48,485 nucleotides of DNA from positions 1-48,485 of IMG/VR virus record IMGVR_UViG_3300032301_000901. One strand, given 5' to 3'. The position numbers were made by a program, and so were the translations under genes. Shown here piece after piece: positions 26,257 through 35,189 of the stretch (position 1 is its first letter; every line of letters starts with the position of its first letter). The notes under the pieces are model-generated. The model did no database searches and was not told where the DNA came from. It worked only from the letters and a program-made list of their open reading frames with translations. The stretch is from a virus (lineage: Duplodnaviria; Caudoviricetes).

Positions 26257-26874
26257 TTATACTTTTTTAGATATTATATCTTTAACAATATCTAAGACTT
26301 TTTTGAAGTTTTCTATTTTATTATATTTTATCCAAGAAGTATCAATAATACATAATTCAATCTTTTGTTCTAAACAAGCTTGAAACTTTCTTTGGTCGTT
26401 GTTTTGTATTTGAGTTAATTTTTCTTCACCATAAATTGGTTCGTAGTGAAAAATGCCATTAAGTTCAAATGCTAAATTAATTTCTGGTATGTAAATATCT
26501 AATTCTGAATTAATAGTATCTTTTCTATTATAATGAAAGTTAAAATTATATTCTTGATTTAATTGTTCTTGTAAGAATACCTCCAGTTTAGATACTTTTG
26601 TTCCATGAGTTTTATGAGTATTATTATAAGTTGCAGCACAACTACTAGAACAAAAATTATTTTTCGTTTTCTTTTGATCTGCTGGTCTTTTATAACAAAT
26701 TTTTCCACAATTTTTACATTCCCTCATATGATTTTTTCTATCTTGTCTTTGATATTCGTTATAGCAATCTACGCAACAAAAGTTCCTACCTTTACCCCTT
26801 ATATTACTTCTCTTTACTTCATATGGTAATTTTTGAAAAAGTATGCTACAATTTAAACAATGCACATCAACCAT
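26257..26874 (-). CDS. Putative homing endonuclease: Zn fingers plus Vsr/DUF559-like PD-(D/E)xK domain
   Basis: Two CxxC...FCxxxC units, then SKLE...ELDIYIPEINLAFELNGIFHY...DQRK. Minus-strand TATAAATA at 26904-26911. Confidence 0.78.
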   Translation of the reverse strand: MVDVHCLNCSILFQKLPYEVKRSNIRGKGRNFCCVDCYNEYQRQDRKNHMRECKNCGKICYKRPADQKKTKNNFCSSSCAATYNNTHKTHGTKVSKLEVFLQEQLNQEYNFNFHYNRKDTINSELDIYIPEINLAFELNGIFHYEPIYGEEKLTQIQNNDQRKFQACLEQKIELCIIDTSWIKYNKIENFKKVLDIVKDIISKKV

Positions 26875-26945
26875 AAATTTATAAATAACGGAGAGTATAT
26901 AAGTATTTATATTTTTCAACTCTTCAACATTCCGTAAAAAATCAT

Positions 26946-27029
26946 AGTAGAGGTCCGGTTGGCCGAGGACGACGCCTTGAAAGCGTTCGGGGTTAATAGC
27001 CTTCGCAGGTTCGATTCCTGTCTCTACTG
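26946..27029 (+). tRNA. tRNA-Ser(TGA)
   Basis: AGTAGAG/CTCTACT+G acceptor; GACGC-CT-TGA-AA-GCGTT; long variable arm; GCAGG-TTCGATT-CCTGT; the acceptor/D-arm linker is atypical. Confidence 0.8.
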
Positions 27030-27099
27030 TTACAATTAATACAAAATTCCAATCTTAAAATCGTTATAATACTAATTAGTAACGGTACGATATAAAAAA

Positions 27100-27261
27100 A
27101 TGGATTCTCATACATTAAATAACTGGATAAAGATTAAAGAAGCATTTGAAAAATCTGGAAATACTAGTAATCATTTTTATCTGAGAGCATGTGCTATACT
27201 AAAAAGTGGTAGAGATCCATTAGAGAATTATCTTGGTGGTAAAGGTGGGTTGACAAAATAA
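27100..27261 (+). CDS. Small hypothetical protein (MDSHTLNNWIKIKEAFEKSGNTSNHFYLRACAI...)
   Basis: 53-aa ORF translated by hand; resembles a small conserved cyanophage protein (NWxKIK...SG...FYxRA). Confidence 0.6.
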   Translation: MDSHTLNNWIKIKEAFEKSGNTSNHFYLRACAILKSGRDPLENYLGGKGGLTK

Positions 27262-27340
27262 GGTATTCTTGGTATTATAGATAGAGAACACTGAAACAAA
27301 TACTTGTATAAATATTTGGGAACACAATTAATATTCCCAA

Positions 27341-27715
27341 ATGGAAAGACGAGTTTGTAAAGTGTGCGGGTGTGAAAAATCTCTTAATCAATTTGCAAAT
27401 GCTGGCAAAGTAAATGGAATTAATTATAAGAGACATTTATGTATTCCTTGCTATTCATTATCTAAACAACCCAGAAAAGACCGTATTAAAGAAGAATATA
27501 TAGAATGGAAAAAAACACTTAAATGTAATCGATGTGATTTTGATGACTATCGTGCCTTACAATTTCATCATGAAGGAAATAAAGAGTTTAATATTTCTGA
27601 TATGAATAAAACCGGTTATAATTTAAATAAAATCCAAGAAGAAGCAATGAAGTGCGAAGTTCTTTGTGCTAATTGCCATCAAATACATCATTTTAATGAA
27701 CGGAATGTCGCCTAA
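27341..27715 (+). CDS. HNH endonuclease, 3' end overlapping tRNA-Pro
   Basis: CKVC...CIPC Zn finger; CNRC...LQFHH...KCEVLCANCHQIHH; TATAAATA at 27307-27314. Confidence 0.85.
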   Translation: MERRVCKVCGCEKSLNQFANAGKVNGINYKRHLCIPCYSLSKQPRKDRIKEEYIEWKKTLKCNRCDFDDYRALQFHHEGNKEFNISDMNKTGYNLNKIQEEAMKCEVLCANCHQIHHFNERNVA

Positions 27716-27776
27716 CTTGGTCATGGCACCTGCTTTGGGAGCAGGAATAATCTCGGTTCAAATCCGAGCATTCCGA
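27701..27776 (+). tRNA. tRNA-Pro(TGG)
   Basis: CGGAATG/CATTCCG+A acceptor; CCTGC-TT-TGG-GA-GCAGG; CTCGG-TTCAAAT-CCGAG. Confidence 0.9.
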
Positions 27777-27852
27777 TTGCCAGTTTATCAACCGGCACAC
27801 TTGACTTAAAACTCAAATTCTTCTATACTTACTAAGTAAACAAATCAAAGCA

Positions 27853-28065
27853 ATGTCGGTAACAATCAAATTTAAGAAAGATATTGAAACTCTTAAATCT
27901 GCGGTTAATGGCGATTTCTATCTTGATGTAAAGAGTCCGAAACTTTACAAAAAGATTCGTCGATATTATCAGAATGAAGGTGTCATCTTCTCTGAAGATC
28001 CTTTGGACAACTACGATATTCTTATGGAATGTCTTGCCAATGATCTTGAGGTAGTTGAAGCATGA
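27853..28065 (+). CDS. Hypothetical protein
   Basis: Follows a TTGACT-N17-TATACT promoter; LDVKSPKLYKKIRRYY. Confidence 0.65.
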   Translation: MSVTIKFKKDIETLKSAVNGDFYLDVKSPKLYKKIRRYYQNEGVIFSEDPLDNYDILMECLANDLEVVEA

Positions 28066-28307
28066 CAAAAGTTCTTCTTGAGCGTGAAGGATACCGGTTC
28101 GTTGAGAAAGGTATCATTGAACTCAACGGTATGCCTGATTATCGTATGCAAAAACAAGATTATTATACTAAACGCTGGAATGACATTTATTTGTTTGATA
28201 ATAGTCTACAATGCACTACTGCAATGGAAGATATTGAATATTCGAAATGGTTGAGTGATGATCCTTGTTATATGGATCCTAATGATATTCTTGATTGGGA
28301 CCAATAG
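28062..28307 (+). CDS. Hypothetical protein
   Basis: ATGA overlap with the previous gene; GIIELNGMPDYRMQK. Confidence 0.65.
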   Translation: MTKVLLEREGYRFVEKGIIELNGMPDYRMQKQDYYTKRWNDIYLFDNSLQCTTAMEDIEYSKWLSDDPCYMDPNDILDWDQ

Positions 28308-28377
28308 TCACGGAGAGACTTAAAAAGTACTGGTCGGGGCCCCCTCAAAGTCACGGAGAGACTTTAAAAGTACTGGT
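28306..28377 (+). repeat. Direct repeat x2 of AGTCACGGAGAGACTTWAAAAGTACTGGT (structured RNA candidate)
   Basis: Copies at about 28306 and 28349, each containing an AGTC-ACGGAGA-GACT hairpin. Confidence 0.7.
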
Positions 28378-28434
28378 GGAGTCAAATCTGATCCTATGGT
28401 TACACACAAACACACACATTAAAGGAGAAAACAA

Positions 28435-28635
28435 ATGACACCTTACGAACTTCGTTTTGAAATCTTTAGGCAAGCACAAACTCTTGCTGATCAAGAATTT
28501 CATACTAGTTTTGCTACAGTGGATAGATTGAAAGATCTAAATCCGGATGATACTACGGAGTATCCTCAATATCCTTCATATGAGTATATTGAACGACTTG
28601 CAGAAAGAATTAATTCTTTCGTGAGTTCCAAATAG
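28435..28635 (+). CDS. Hypothetical protein (MTPYELRFEIF...)
   Basis: AAGGAG RBS; 66-aa ORF. Confidence 0.7.
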   Translation: MTPYELRFEIFRQAQTLADQEFHTSFATVDRLKDLNPDDTTEYPQYPSYEYIERLAERINSFVSSK

Positions 28636-28728
28636 GTTTACAATTTCCTTAAAGAATTGTTGGTGCGGGTGGGGAATAACTGCCGCCTGGTTTCCAATTT
28701 CCAGTTAAAGAATTGGTGGCGTGCATGG
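28635..28728 (+). ncRNA. Tandem structured RNA, possibly related to the cyanophage manA motif
   Basis: Two units GGTTT-(A/C)CAATT-TCC..TTAAAG-AATTG(T/G)-TGG(T/C)G with a compensatory A-T to C-G change; GCGG/CCGC linker stem. The family name is from recall and unverified. Confidence 0.5.
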
Positions 28729-28750
28729 AGACAAACCTAAATAATTAAAC

Positions 28751-28829
28751 CTAACTTGACTGCAATCTGTTAGGGCGGAGAGGAGAAATCCTCTCCTTTT
28801 TATTATAAATACAGATGCAGTCAAGTTAG
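28751..28829 (+). promoter_or_regulatory. Stem + terminator + late promoter cassette upstream of endonuclease
   Basis: Perfect 14-bp inverted repeat CTAACTTGACTGCA/TGCAGTCAAGTTAG; inner GGAGAGGA-GAAA-TCCTCTCC plus T run; TATAAATA at 28804-28811. Confidence 0.8.
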
Positions 28830-28835
28830 AATACT

Positions 28836-29354
28836 ATGAATTTACGCATTTATGTATATAAAATTACTTTTTTAGAGGTCCCTTATTATTACTATGGAGT
28901 TCATAAAGAAAAAATATTTAACGAAGAATATTTCGGATCTCCAGTTACTCATAAGCATTATTGGAAAAAATATACACCACAAAAACAAATATTGAAAGAA
29001 TTTAATTATAGTGATGAAGGGTGGATTTTTGCTCTGCATTGTGAAAAAGAACTAATAAAACCAGTTTATAATATTGATAAATTTTGTTTAAATGAAAATT
29101 ATAATGGATTTCTTTCTTTAGAAACTTTAAGAAAAAGTTCTAAGATTGGTGGAAATACGACATTTAATATGAAAGTGGGAGTTCATCAATTTAATTCAAA
29201 ACAAAAAAGTGAATTTGGTAAAATTGGGGGATATAAAACAAGTTCTCAAAAATGGAAATGTTTAGAAACGGGATTTATATCAAATCCAGCGTCTTTAACT
29301 TTATATCAGAAAAAAAGAAATATTGATATTAAAAAAAGAGAAAGAATATTTTGA
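28836..29354 (+). CDS. GIY-YIG-like homing endonuclease (paralogue of 19759..20496)
   Basis: RIYVYKITFLEVPYYYYGVHKEK...CLNEN...QKWKCLETGFISN. Confidence 0.8.
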   Translation: MNLRIYVYKITFLEVPYYYYGVHKEKIFNEEYFGSPVTHKHYWKKYTPQKQILKEFNYSDEGWIFALHCEKELIKPVYNIDKFCLNENYNGFLSLETLRKSSKIGGNTTFNMKVGVHQFNSKQKSEFGKIGGYKTSSQKWKCLETGFISNPASLTLYQKKRNIDIKKRERIF

Positions 29355-29424
29355 TTGCAAAGGAGAGTTGCATAAACTCTCCTTTTTTGCTATAATTGTA
29401 TGAGATACTTGATTGTGAAAAAAT

Positions 29425-30225
29425 ATGATTGCAAATGATGATCTAGGAAATCTGGGTAGACTTGGAAACCAGATGTTTCAATATACTGCTCTCCGTGGAC
29501 TTGCTCAGAGACATGGATATGAATATTGTTTACCTCCAAGAGAAGTTGTCGCAACACGGGACATTAACTGTGTAAACTCTGATATTACGATGTTTGAGTG
29601 CTTTAAGATTCCTGATGCACCTAGGCGTGTTACAAATTTTCAAAAAATAATGGAATCCAATTTTGGATTGGATGAAAATCTTTGGAATAACTGTCCAGAT
29701 AATATTAGTCTTTATGGATATTTTCAAACTGAAAAATATTTCAAGCATATTGAAAAGCAGATTCGTGAGTCATTCACTTTTGTAGATGATATTAGACAAC
29801 CAACCGAAGAAGCATTTAAATCAAATTTTGGTGATACTGAAGTAATTGCTATTCATCTTCGTAGAGGAGATTATCTCCAATATCCTCATCATCCTGTACA
29901 AACTCTAGATTATTATACTCAAGGGTTATCTCATATGCCTAATGATATTCCGGTGATGATATTCTCTGATGGCATTGAATGGTGTAAAGAGCAGGATATA
30001 TTCCAAGGAGAAAGATTTCTTTTTGCAGAAGCAAATAATACAGGTGTTGATCTATTTCTACAATCTCTATGCACTTATCATATTATTGCCAATTCCTCAT
30101 TTTCTTGGTGGGGTTCTTGGTTGGCAAAAAGCAAAAAAACTATTGCCCCAAGTATCTGGTTTGCTGGTCCTGATGCTTCTAGAGACTTAAGTGATCTTTA
30201 TTGTCCTGGGTGGATCGTACTATGA
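29425..30225 (+). CDS. GT11 alpha-1,2-fucosyltransferase-like glycosyltransferase
   Basis: GRLGNQMFQY, GYFQTEKYF, IHLRRGDY, NSSFSWWG. Confidence 0.9.
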   Translation: MIANDDLGNLGRLGNQMFQYTALRGLAQRHGYEYCLPPREVVATRDINCVNSDITMFECFKIPDAPRRVTNFQKIMESNFGLDENLWNNCPDNISLYGYFQTEKYFKHIEKQIRESFTFVDDIRQPTEEAFKSNFGDTEVIAIHLRRGDYLQYPHHPVQTLDYYTQGLSHMPNDIPVMIFSDGIEWCKEQDIFQGERFLFAEANNTGVDLFLQSLCTYHIIANSSFSWWGSWLAKSKKTIAPSIWFAGPDASRDLSDLYCPGWIVL

Positions 30226-30965
30226 AAACCATTAGTTTAGCAATTCCTTTTTATAATACATCTAGATACTTTCTTGATTGTATTAAGTATGCACTTGAAG
30301 ATGACTTTGTTTCCGAAATTGTTGTCAATGATGACTGTTCCAGACAAGAAGAATATGGCAATCTTCTTTTATTAGTTGGTGGAAAGAAAAAAATTAAAGT
30401 CTATCGTAATGAATCTAATCTTGGTGCTTTTAGAAATAAGTATATTGCAGTAAAGAACTGCACTAATGAATGGGTATATTTGTTAGATAGTGATAATTCT
30501 CCATTTGAGGAAACATATGAGGTTATTAGAAGTATTCCTGAAGATAGTCCCGATATTTGTTTCTCCCCAAGACAACTTTTTTGTAGGTATGATGGTAGAG
30601 AAGATTACGATACCATTTCCGATTATACGTTCAAATATGACTATATTGGAATTGAGGAATCAAAAGATGCTATAATAAAAAAAACAAAATGGTTTGATTG
30701 GTTTTTGAATAGTGGAAATTATGTTTTTAATCGTCAAACTTATTTGAGTTCTTTAAAAGAATCTTTTGAAGATAACTCTTTATCTCTTCTTCATGCGGAT
30801 ACTTCTGCAACTTATTATTTTTGGTTGAAGAATGGTGGAAAGTTTAAAATTATCAACGAGTTTCGACACAATCATAGATTTAGATCTGACAGTTATTGGC
30901 ACACATGCGGATCTAAGTCTTCTGAATCAGTAGAATTTTACAAAGAGCAGGTATTAGACTTATGA
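30222..30965 (+). CDS. GT2 family glycosyltransferase
   Basis: ISLAIPFYN, EIVVNDDCS, NLGAFRNK, YLLDSDN. Confidence 0.85.
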   Translation: MKTISLAIPFYNTSRYFLDCIKYALEDDFVSEIVVNDDCSRQEEYGNLLLLVGGKKKIKVYRNESNLGAFRNKYIAVKNCTNEWVYLLDSDNSPFEETYEVIRSIPEDSPDICFSPRQLFCRYDGREDYDTISDYTFKYDYIGIEESKDAIIKKTKWFDWFLNSGNYVFNRQTYLSSLKESFEDNSLSLLHADTSATYYFWLKNGGKFKIINEFRHNHRFRSDSYWHTCGSKSSESVEFYKEQVLDL

Positions 30966-31837
30966 TCCGTATTGCAGATGTTCCAGAGGCATTTTTTCCT
31001 AAAATGCCTGTTCAGTATCCTCCTCATCAGGGATATAGTCCTATGATTGAGGAAAGAGCATATTCATTTTTTGCAACGCAAAAGGAATTGGAGTCCGAGT
31101 ATATTTACATTCCTATTCAATGGACTTCATGGCATGTTAACCCTGGTGGTGAATATGGTCAGAACACTCAACCACTGATTGATTACTGCAATCAACTTGC
31201 GGAAAGACATCTTAATGAAAAGTTTTTTACCGTAGTGCAGTATGATGGTGGAACATTGATTCCTATTGATAACTGTACTATCTTTGCTTCGTCTGGAGAC
31301 TTTAGTTCTCCTCTTGGTAAGAACTCTTCATATGAACCTATTCCACTTCTTTGTGATCCTCATTGTGGTGTGCCAAAGGAAGTAAGAGAATATAAAGTTG
31401 GGTATGCTGGTAGAGATACTCATCCTCTTAGAGTCAAGATGAATCAAGTTTTATCTCATTTACCTCAGTATAAGTTTGCTTCAAATATTGATCATAATAG
31501 AACTGAGGTCTTCCGTGACATTCTATATAATTCAGTATTTGCACTTTCTCCTAGGGGGTTTGGTCCAGCATCGTTCCGAATGTACGAATCTCTTCAAATG
31601 CAGTGCATTCCCATTTATATTAGTGATGTGTTTTGGTTACCCTTTACAAATGATATTGAGTGGGATAAAATGTGTCTATTAATCAAAGAAGATGAGATTG
31701 AAACTATTCCAGAAAAAGTAGATGCTTTGATGGTAAGTGGAGAGTATCAAAATATGATTGATTATGGACAAGAGATGTACAATAAATGTTTAACCTGGGA
31801 TGGTTGTCTCAATACAATTGCAAAAATGGTATGTTAA
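30962..31837 (+). CDS. Exostosin-like (GT47) glycosyltransferase
   Basis: SVFALSPRGFGPASFRMYESLQMQCIPIYISD...LPF...IEW. Confidence 0.8.
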   Translation: MIRIADVPEAFFPKMPVQYPPHQGYSPMIEERAYSFFATQKELESEYIYIPIQWTSWHVNPGGEYGQNTQPLIDYCNQLAERHLNEKFFTVVQYDGGTLIPIDNCTIFASSGDFSSPLGKNSSYEPIPLLCDPHCGVPKEVREYKVGYAGRDTHPLRVKMNQVLSHLPQYKFASNIDHNRTEVFRDILYNSVFALSPRGFGPASFRMYESLQMQCIPIYISDVFWLPFTNDIEWDKMCLLIKEDEIETIPEKVDALMVSGEYQNMIDYGQEMYNKCLTWDGCLNTIAKMVC

Positions 31838-32457
31838 TTAGTTTTACAATGTTAGTTAAAAAATATGAGATGAATATCAAAGGTATCGTCCATATTGGTG
31901 CCCATTATGGTGAAGAAATACAAGAATATGTTGATAATGGTATTCAAAAAATTACAGTTTTTGAACCATTATCCAAAAACTTTGATATCCTTCACCATCG
32001 TCTTCAAAATATAAATGCCGATATTGAGGGGCATCAAGTTGCTCTTGGTAGTAAAAAAGGAACTGCTACAATGTATCTTAGTAGTAATGAAGCACAAAGC
32101 AGTTCTATTTTAAAACCAAAAGAACATCTTGAGCATCACCCCGATGTTTCGTTCAATGGAAAAGAGGATGTTACAGTTGATGTTCTTGATGAGTACGATA
32201 TTGGTGAAGCAAATTTTATCAATATTGATGTTCAGGGTTATGAACTAGAAGTTTTTAGGGGCAGTAAAGAAACTTTAAAAAAAATTGATTACATTTATTG
32301 TGAGGTAAATCGTGGTGAAATGTATGAGGGGAATGCTATGGTTGAAGACCTAGATAGTTTCCTTGGTGACTATGGATTTAAAAGAGTAGAAACACATTGG
32401 CCAGAGACTTGGTATAAGTGGGGCGATGCGCTTTATATTAAAAACAAAGGAAAATGA
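31831..32457 (+). CDS. FkbM-family methyltransferase
   Basis: HIGAHYGEE, VFEP, INIDVQGYELEVFRG, IYCEVN, WGDALY. Confidence 0.88.
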   Translation: MLISFTMLVKKYEMNIKGIVHIGAHYGEEIQEYVDNGIQKITVFEPLSKNFDILHHRLQNINADIEGHQVALGSKKGTATMYLSSNEAQSSSILKPKEHLEHHPDVSFNGKEDVTVDVLDEYDIGEANFINIDVQGYELEVFRGSKETLKKIDYIYCEVNRGEMYEGNAMVEDLDSFLGDYGFKRVETHWPETWYKWGDALYIKNKGK

Positions 32458-33047
32458 AAATGACTAAAACAAAATCTATTCCAGATCCAACAAGAGGAAA
32501 GACTAGACTAATTTGGGAGGGGACATACGAATGGACATCTAATTTTTTTAATGAGCATCCTGAATTAAAAATTGGTGCTGAGATTGGAGTTGCCGGTGGT
32601 CAGCACATTAAAACGTTAATGGAAAATACCAATATTGAAAAAATCTATGGCATCGATCCATACATTACTAATAGTTGGGATATGCATGAGATTTTCAGTG
32701 TTGATTCTGAATATGGTAGTTTTGATGAATTGTATGTTGAAGTTCATGATATGCTAAGTCAGTTTGGTGATCGTGTAGAGTTGGTTCGTAAAAAATCCAC
32801 CGAAGCAGCACCAGATTTTCAAGATGGTTCTTTGGACTTTGTGTTTATCGATGCTATTCATGATTATGAAAATTGTTTTAATGGCATTAGTTTTTGGCAT
32901 CACAGAGTTCGTGCTGGTGGGTATGTAATGGGGCACGATTGGGACCATGGTAATTTTCCAGGAGTTCAGAAAGCAGTGCTTGAACACTATGGTGATAAAG
33001 TTACTGGTATTTCTGGTCCAGTTCATGTGTGGTATGTTCAAGTGTAG
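32454..33047 (+). CDS. Class I SAM-dependent methyltransferase (Methyltransf_24-like)
   Basis: AEIGVAGG, YGIDPY, LDFVFIDAIHDYE, GGYVMGHD. Confidence 0.85.
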   Translation: MKMTKTKSIPDPTRGKTRLIWEGTYEWTSNFFNEHPELKIGAEIGVAGGQHIKTLMENTNIEKIYGIDPYITNSWDMHEIFSVDSEYGSFDELYVEVHDMLSQFGDRVELVRKKSTEAAPDFQDGSLDFVFIDAIHDYENCFNGISFWHHRVRAGGYVMGHDWDHGNFPGVQKAVLEHYGDKVTGISGPVHVWYVQV

Positions 33048-33054
33048 ATAAATT

Positions 33055-33765
33055 ATGAAAAAAATTAATTTTGAATTAAATCTGCTTTCTGACAAGGATA
33101 TTCATCAATTATACGAAAAACATGTTAATAAACCAGATGAATATTACCGGAAAGCAAATGATGAATACCATAAACTTTCCGATTTAGAAAAAGTAGAATG
33201 GTCTTCGAAAGATTTTCCTAGATTAGCATCAACATTTGATTTTAAAGAATGGGTAGAAAAATATGATTTGAAACATGTTGGAAAATTATTATCAACTTGT
33301 TCTGCTGATGTTGAACTAAATTATATAACATATGATGATATAACAGTCTGTGATTATACAGTTGACAATAAGTATGATCTTCATACTTTAGATTTGGATG
33401 ATAAAAATTATGATTTTATAATTTTTAACCAGACTCTAGAGCATTTGTATAATCCATTTGTAAGTATGAAAAATCTGTACAACCATCTTAAAGATGGTGG
33501 ATATCTTTATACGACAGTTCCAACTATTAATATACCTCACCAGGTTCCATTTCATTTTTGGGGTATGACTCCAACAGGTCTATGTGCATTGGCAAGCAGT
33601 GTGGATTTTAATGTATTGGAATGTGGTTATTGGGGTAATGTACCTTACATTAATCATATATTTTCAAATTTTGGTTGGCCAAATACTTCTGATGTTATGA
33701 TTGATGGAATAATTGAAAATGTTGAACACTGCCAATCTCAAACTTGGATCTTACTTAAAAAATGA
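33055..33765 (+). CDS. Class I SAM-dependent methyltransferase-like protein
   Basis: YDFIIFNQTLEHLYNP...LKDGGYLYTTVP. Confidence 0.78.
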   Translation: MKKINFELNLLSDKDIHQLYEKHVNKPDEYYRKANDEYHKLSDLEKVEWSSKDFPRLASTFDFKEWVEKYDLKHVGKLLSTCSADVELNYITYDDITVCDYTVDNKYDLHTLDLDDKNYDFIIFNQTLEHLYNPFVSMKNLYNHLKDGGYLYTTVPTINIPHQVPFHFWGMTPTGLCALASSVDFNVLECGYWGNVPYINHIFSNFGWPNTSDVMIDGIIENVEHCQSQTWILLKK

Positions 33766-34478
33766 AAATTTGTATTATTACAATTGCTACAAATAGATAT
33801 ATTCAATTTGTTGAGAGACTTCTTGATAATATTGAAGAAAACTTTTTAAATGGTCATGATATTCAATGTCTTCTTTTCACTGATCATGAAGTAGAAACTT
33901 CTGATAATGTGAAAGTTTCCTTTATTGGTCATAAACCTTGGCCAGAACCTGCTCTTAAAAAATATAACTATATCAATTCTGAATCTGAATATTTGAAAGA
34001 TTTTGATTATGTTTATTTGTTTGATGCAGATGTTGGTATTGTTTCTAATGTTGGGGAAGAAGTACTTCAGGATTTAGTTGGAGTATTACATCCATATAAG
34101 ATTTTGGAATCTAAAGAAATATATCCATATGAAAAGAGAAAACAATCTACAGCATATGTTGCTGATGAAAAGCATGATAAGTATTATGCTGCCGCTTTTG
34201 TTGGTGGGAAATCTTCCACATTTTTGAACATGGCAAAAGTTATTTCTGAAAAAGTTAATGAGGATGAAAGGAATAATATTGTAGCAAAGTGGCATGATGA
34301 AAGTCATTTAAATAAGTATTTTAATGAAAATCCACCAACTGCATTATCTCCCAGTTATATGTTTCCTGAGGAACTAATTGGACATCCCCAATATCCATTC
34401 GAACCAAAGATAGTTGCATTGAAAAAACAAAGTTCCTTTAATCAGGAAAAAATTGAAATGGGGCAGTATCCAGTATGA
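33762..34478 (+). CDS. GT6 family glycosyltransferase (ABO / alpha-1,3-Gal(NAc)-transferase-like)
   Basis: IATNRY, LFTD, FDAD (DxD), YEKRKQSTAYV, AKWHDESHLNKY. Confidence 0.88.
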   Translation: MKICIITIATNRYIQFVERLLDNIEENFLNGHDIQCLLFTDHEVETSDNVKVSFIGHKPWPEPALKKYNYINSESEYLKDFDYVYLFDADVGIVSNVGEEVLQDLVGVLHPYKILESKEIYPYEKRKQSTAYVADEKHDKYYAAAFVGGKSSTFLNMAKVISEKVNEDERNNIVAKWHDESHLNKYFNENPPTALSPSYMFPEELIGHPQYPFEPKIVALKKQSSFNQEKIEMGQYPV

Positions 34479-35185
34479 AAATTGATTTAAGAAAAATACC
34501 TGCTGTTTATATGAATCTTAAACAGCACGAAGAAAAAAATGAGAAGATGCAAACTCTTCTTGATGAATGTGGTTTTGAGACTATCATTCGTGTTGAAGGA
34601 CCGTATAGACCAGATAATCCCCCTGCAGGGTGTGCTGGTGCTCACTATAATGGGTTATGTGAAATTAATCCTCCATTTGTTTTATTTGAGGATGATTGCC
34701 TTCTACATAACTTTGAACCTATTATAGAAGTTCCTGATGATGCAGATGCTGTTTATTTGGGAACATCACAATGGGCAAGATATTTTTCTTTTTCTGGACC
34801 TTTTGTTCATTATGATATTGTTGACAAAGATATTGTTCGCGTTTATAATATGTTGGGTGGACATTCTATATTGTATTTGACACAAGAATATGTTAAAATG
34901 TGTCAAAGAATATCACATCATGCTTCTGAAGTCATTGGATATAATCAAGATCCTGGGTTTGCAGAAGTTCAAAAATATTTCAATATATATTCTGTCAATG
35001 ATCCTTTCTTTAAACAGAGTGGATATAATAATGCAGTCACTACTTGTAAAGTAACAGATATTGGAATTCATGTGAGTGATGCTCAAAGGTTTTTTGATAG
35101 TGTTAAATATGACCTTGCTAGATTGCAAGGTGTGCCCGACTTAAATGGGGCTCCAAGTACATATCATCCATTGAAAATTGTGTAA
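34475..35185 (+). CDS. GT25-like glycosyltransferase
   Basis: YMNL...GCAGAH...LFEDD pattern. Confidence 0.65.
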   Translation: MKIDLRKIPAVYMNLKQHEEKNEKMQTLLDECGFETIIRVEGPYRPDNPPAGCAGAHYNGLCEINPPFVLFEDDCLLHNFEPIIEVPDDADAVYLGTSQWARYFSFSGPFVHYDIVDKDIVRVYNMLGGHSILYLTQEYVKMCQRISHHASEVIGYNQDPGFAEVQKYFNIYSVNDPFFKQSGYNNAVTTCKVTDIGIHVSDAQRFFDSVKYDLARLQGVPDLNGAPSTYHPLKIV

Positions 35186-35189
35186 AATT

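Noticed and set aside
28306-28377. Mini-CRISPR array (two 29-nt repeats)
   Set aside because: Only two copies with a spacer of about 14 nt and no cas genes in the window; better read as structured RNA.
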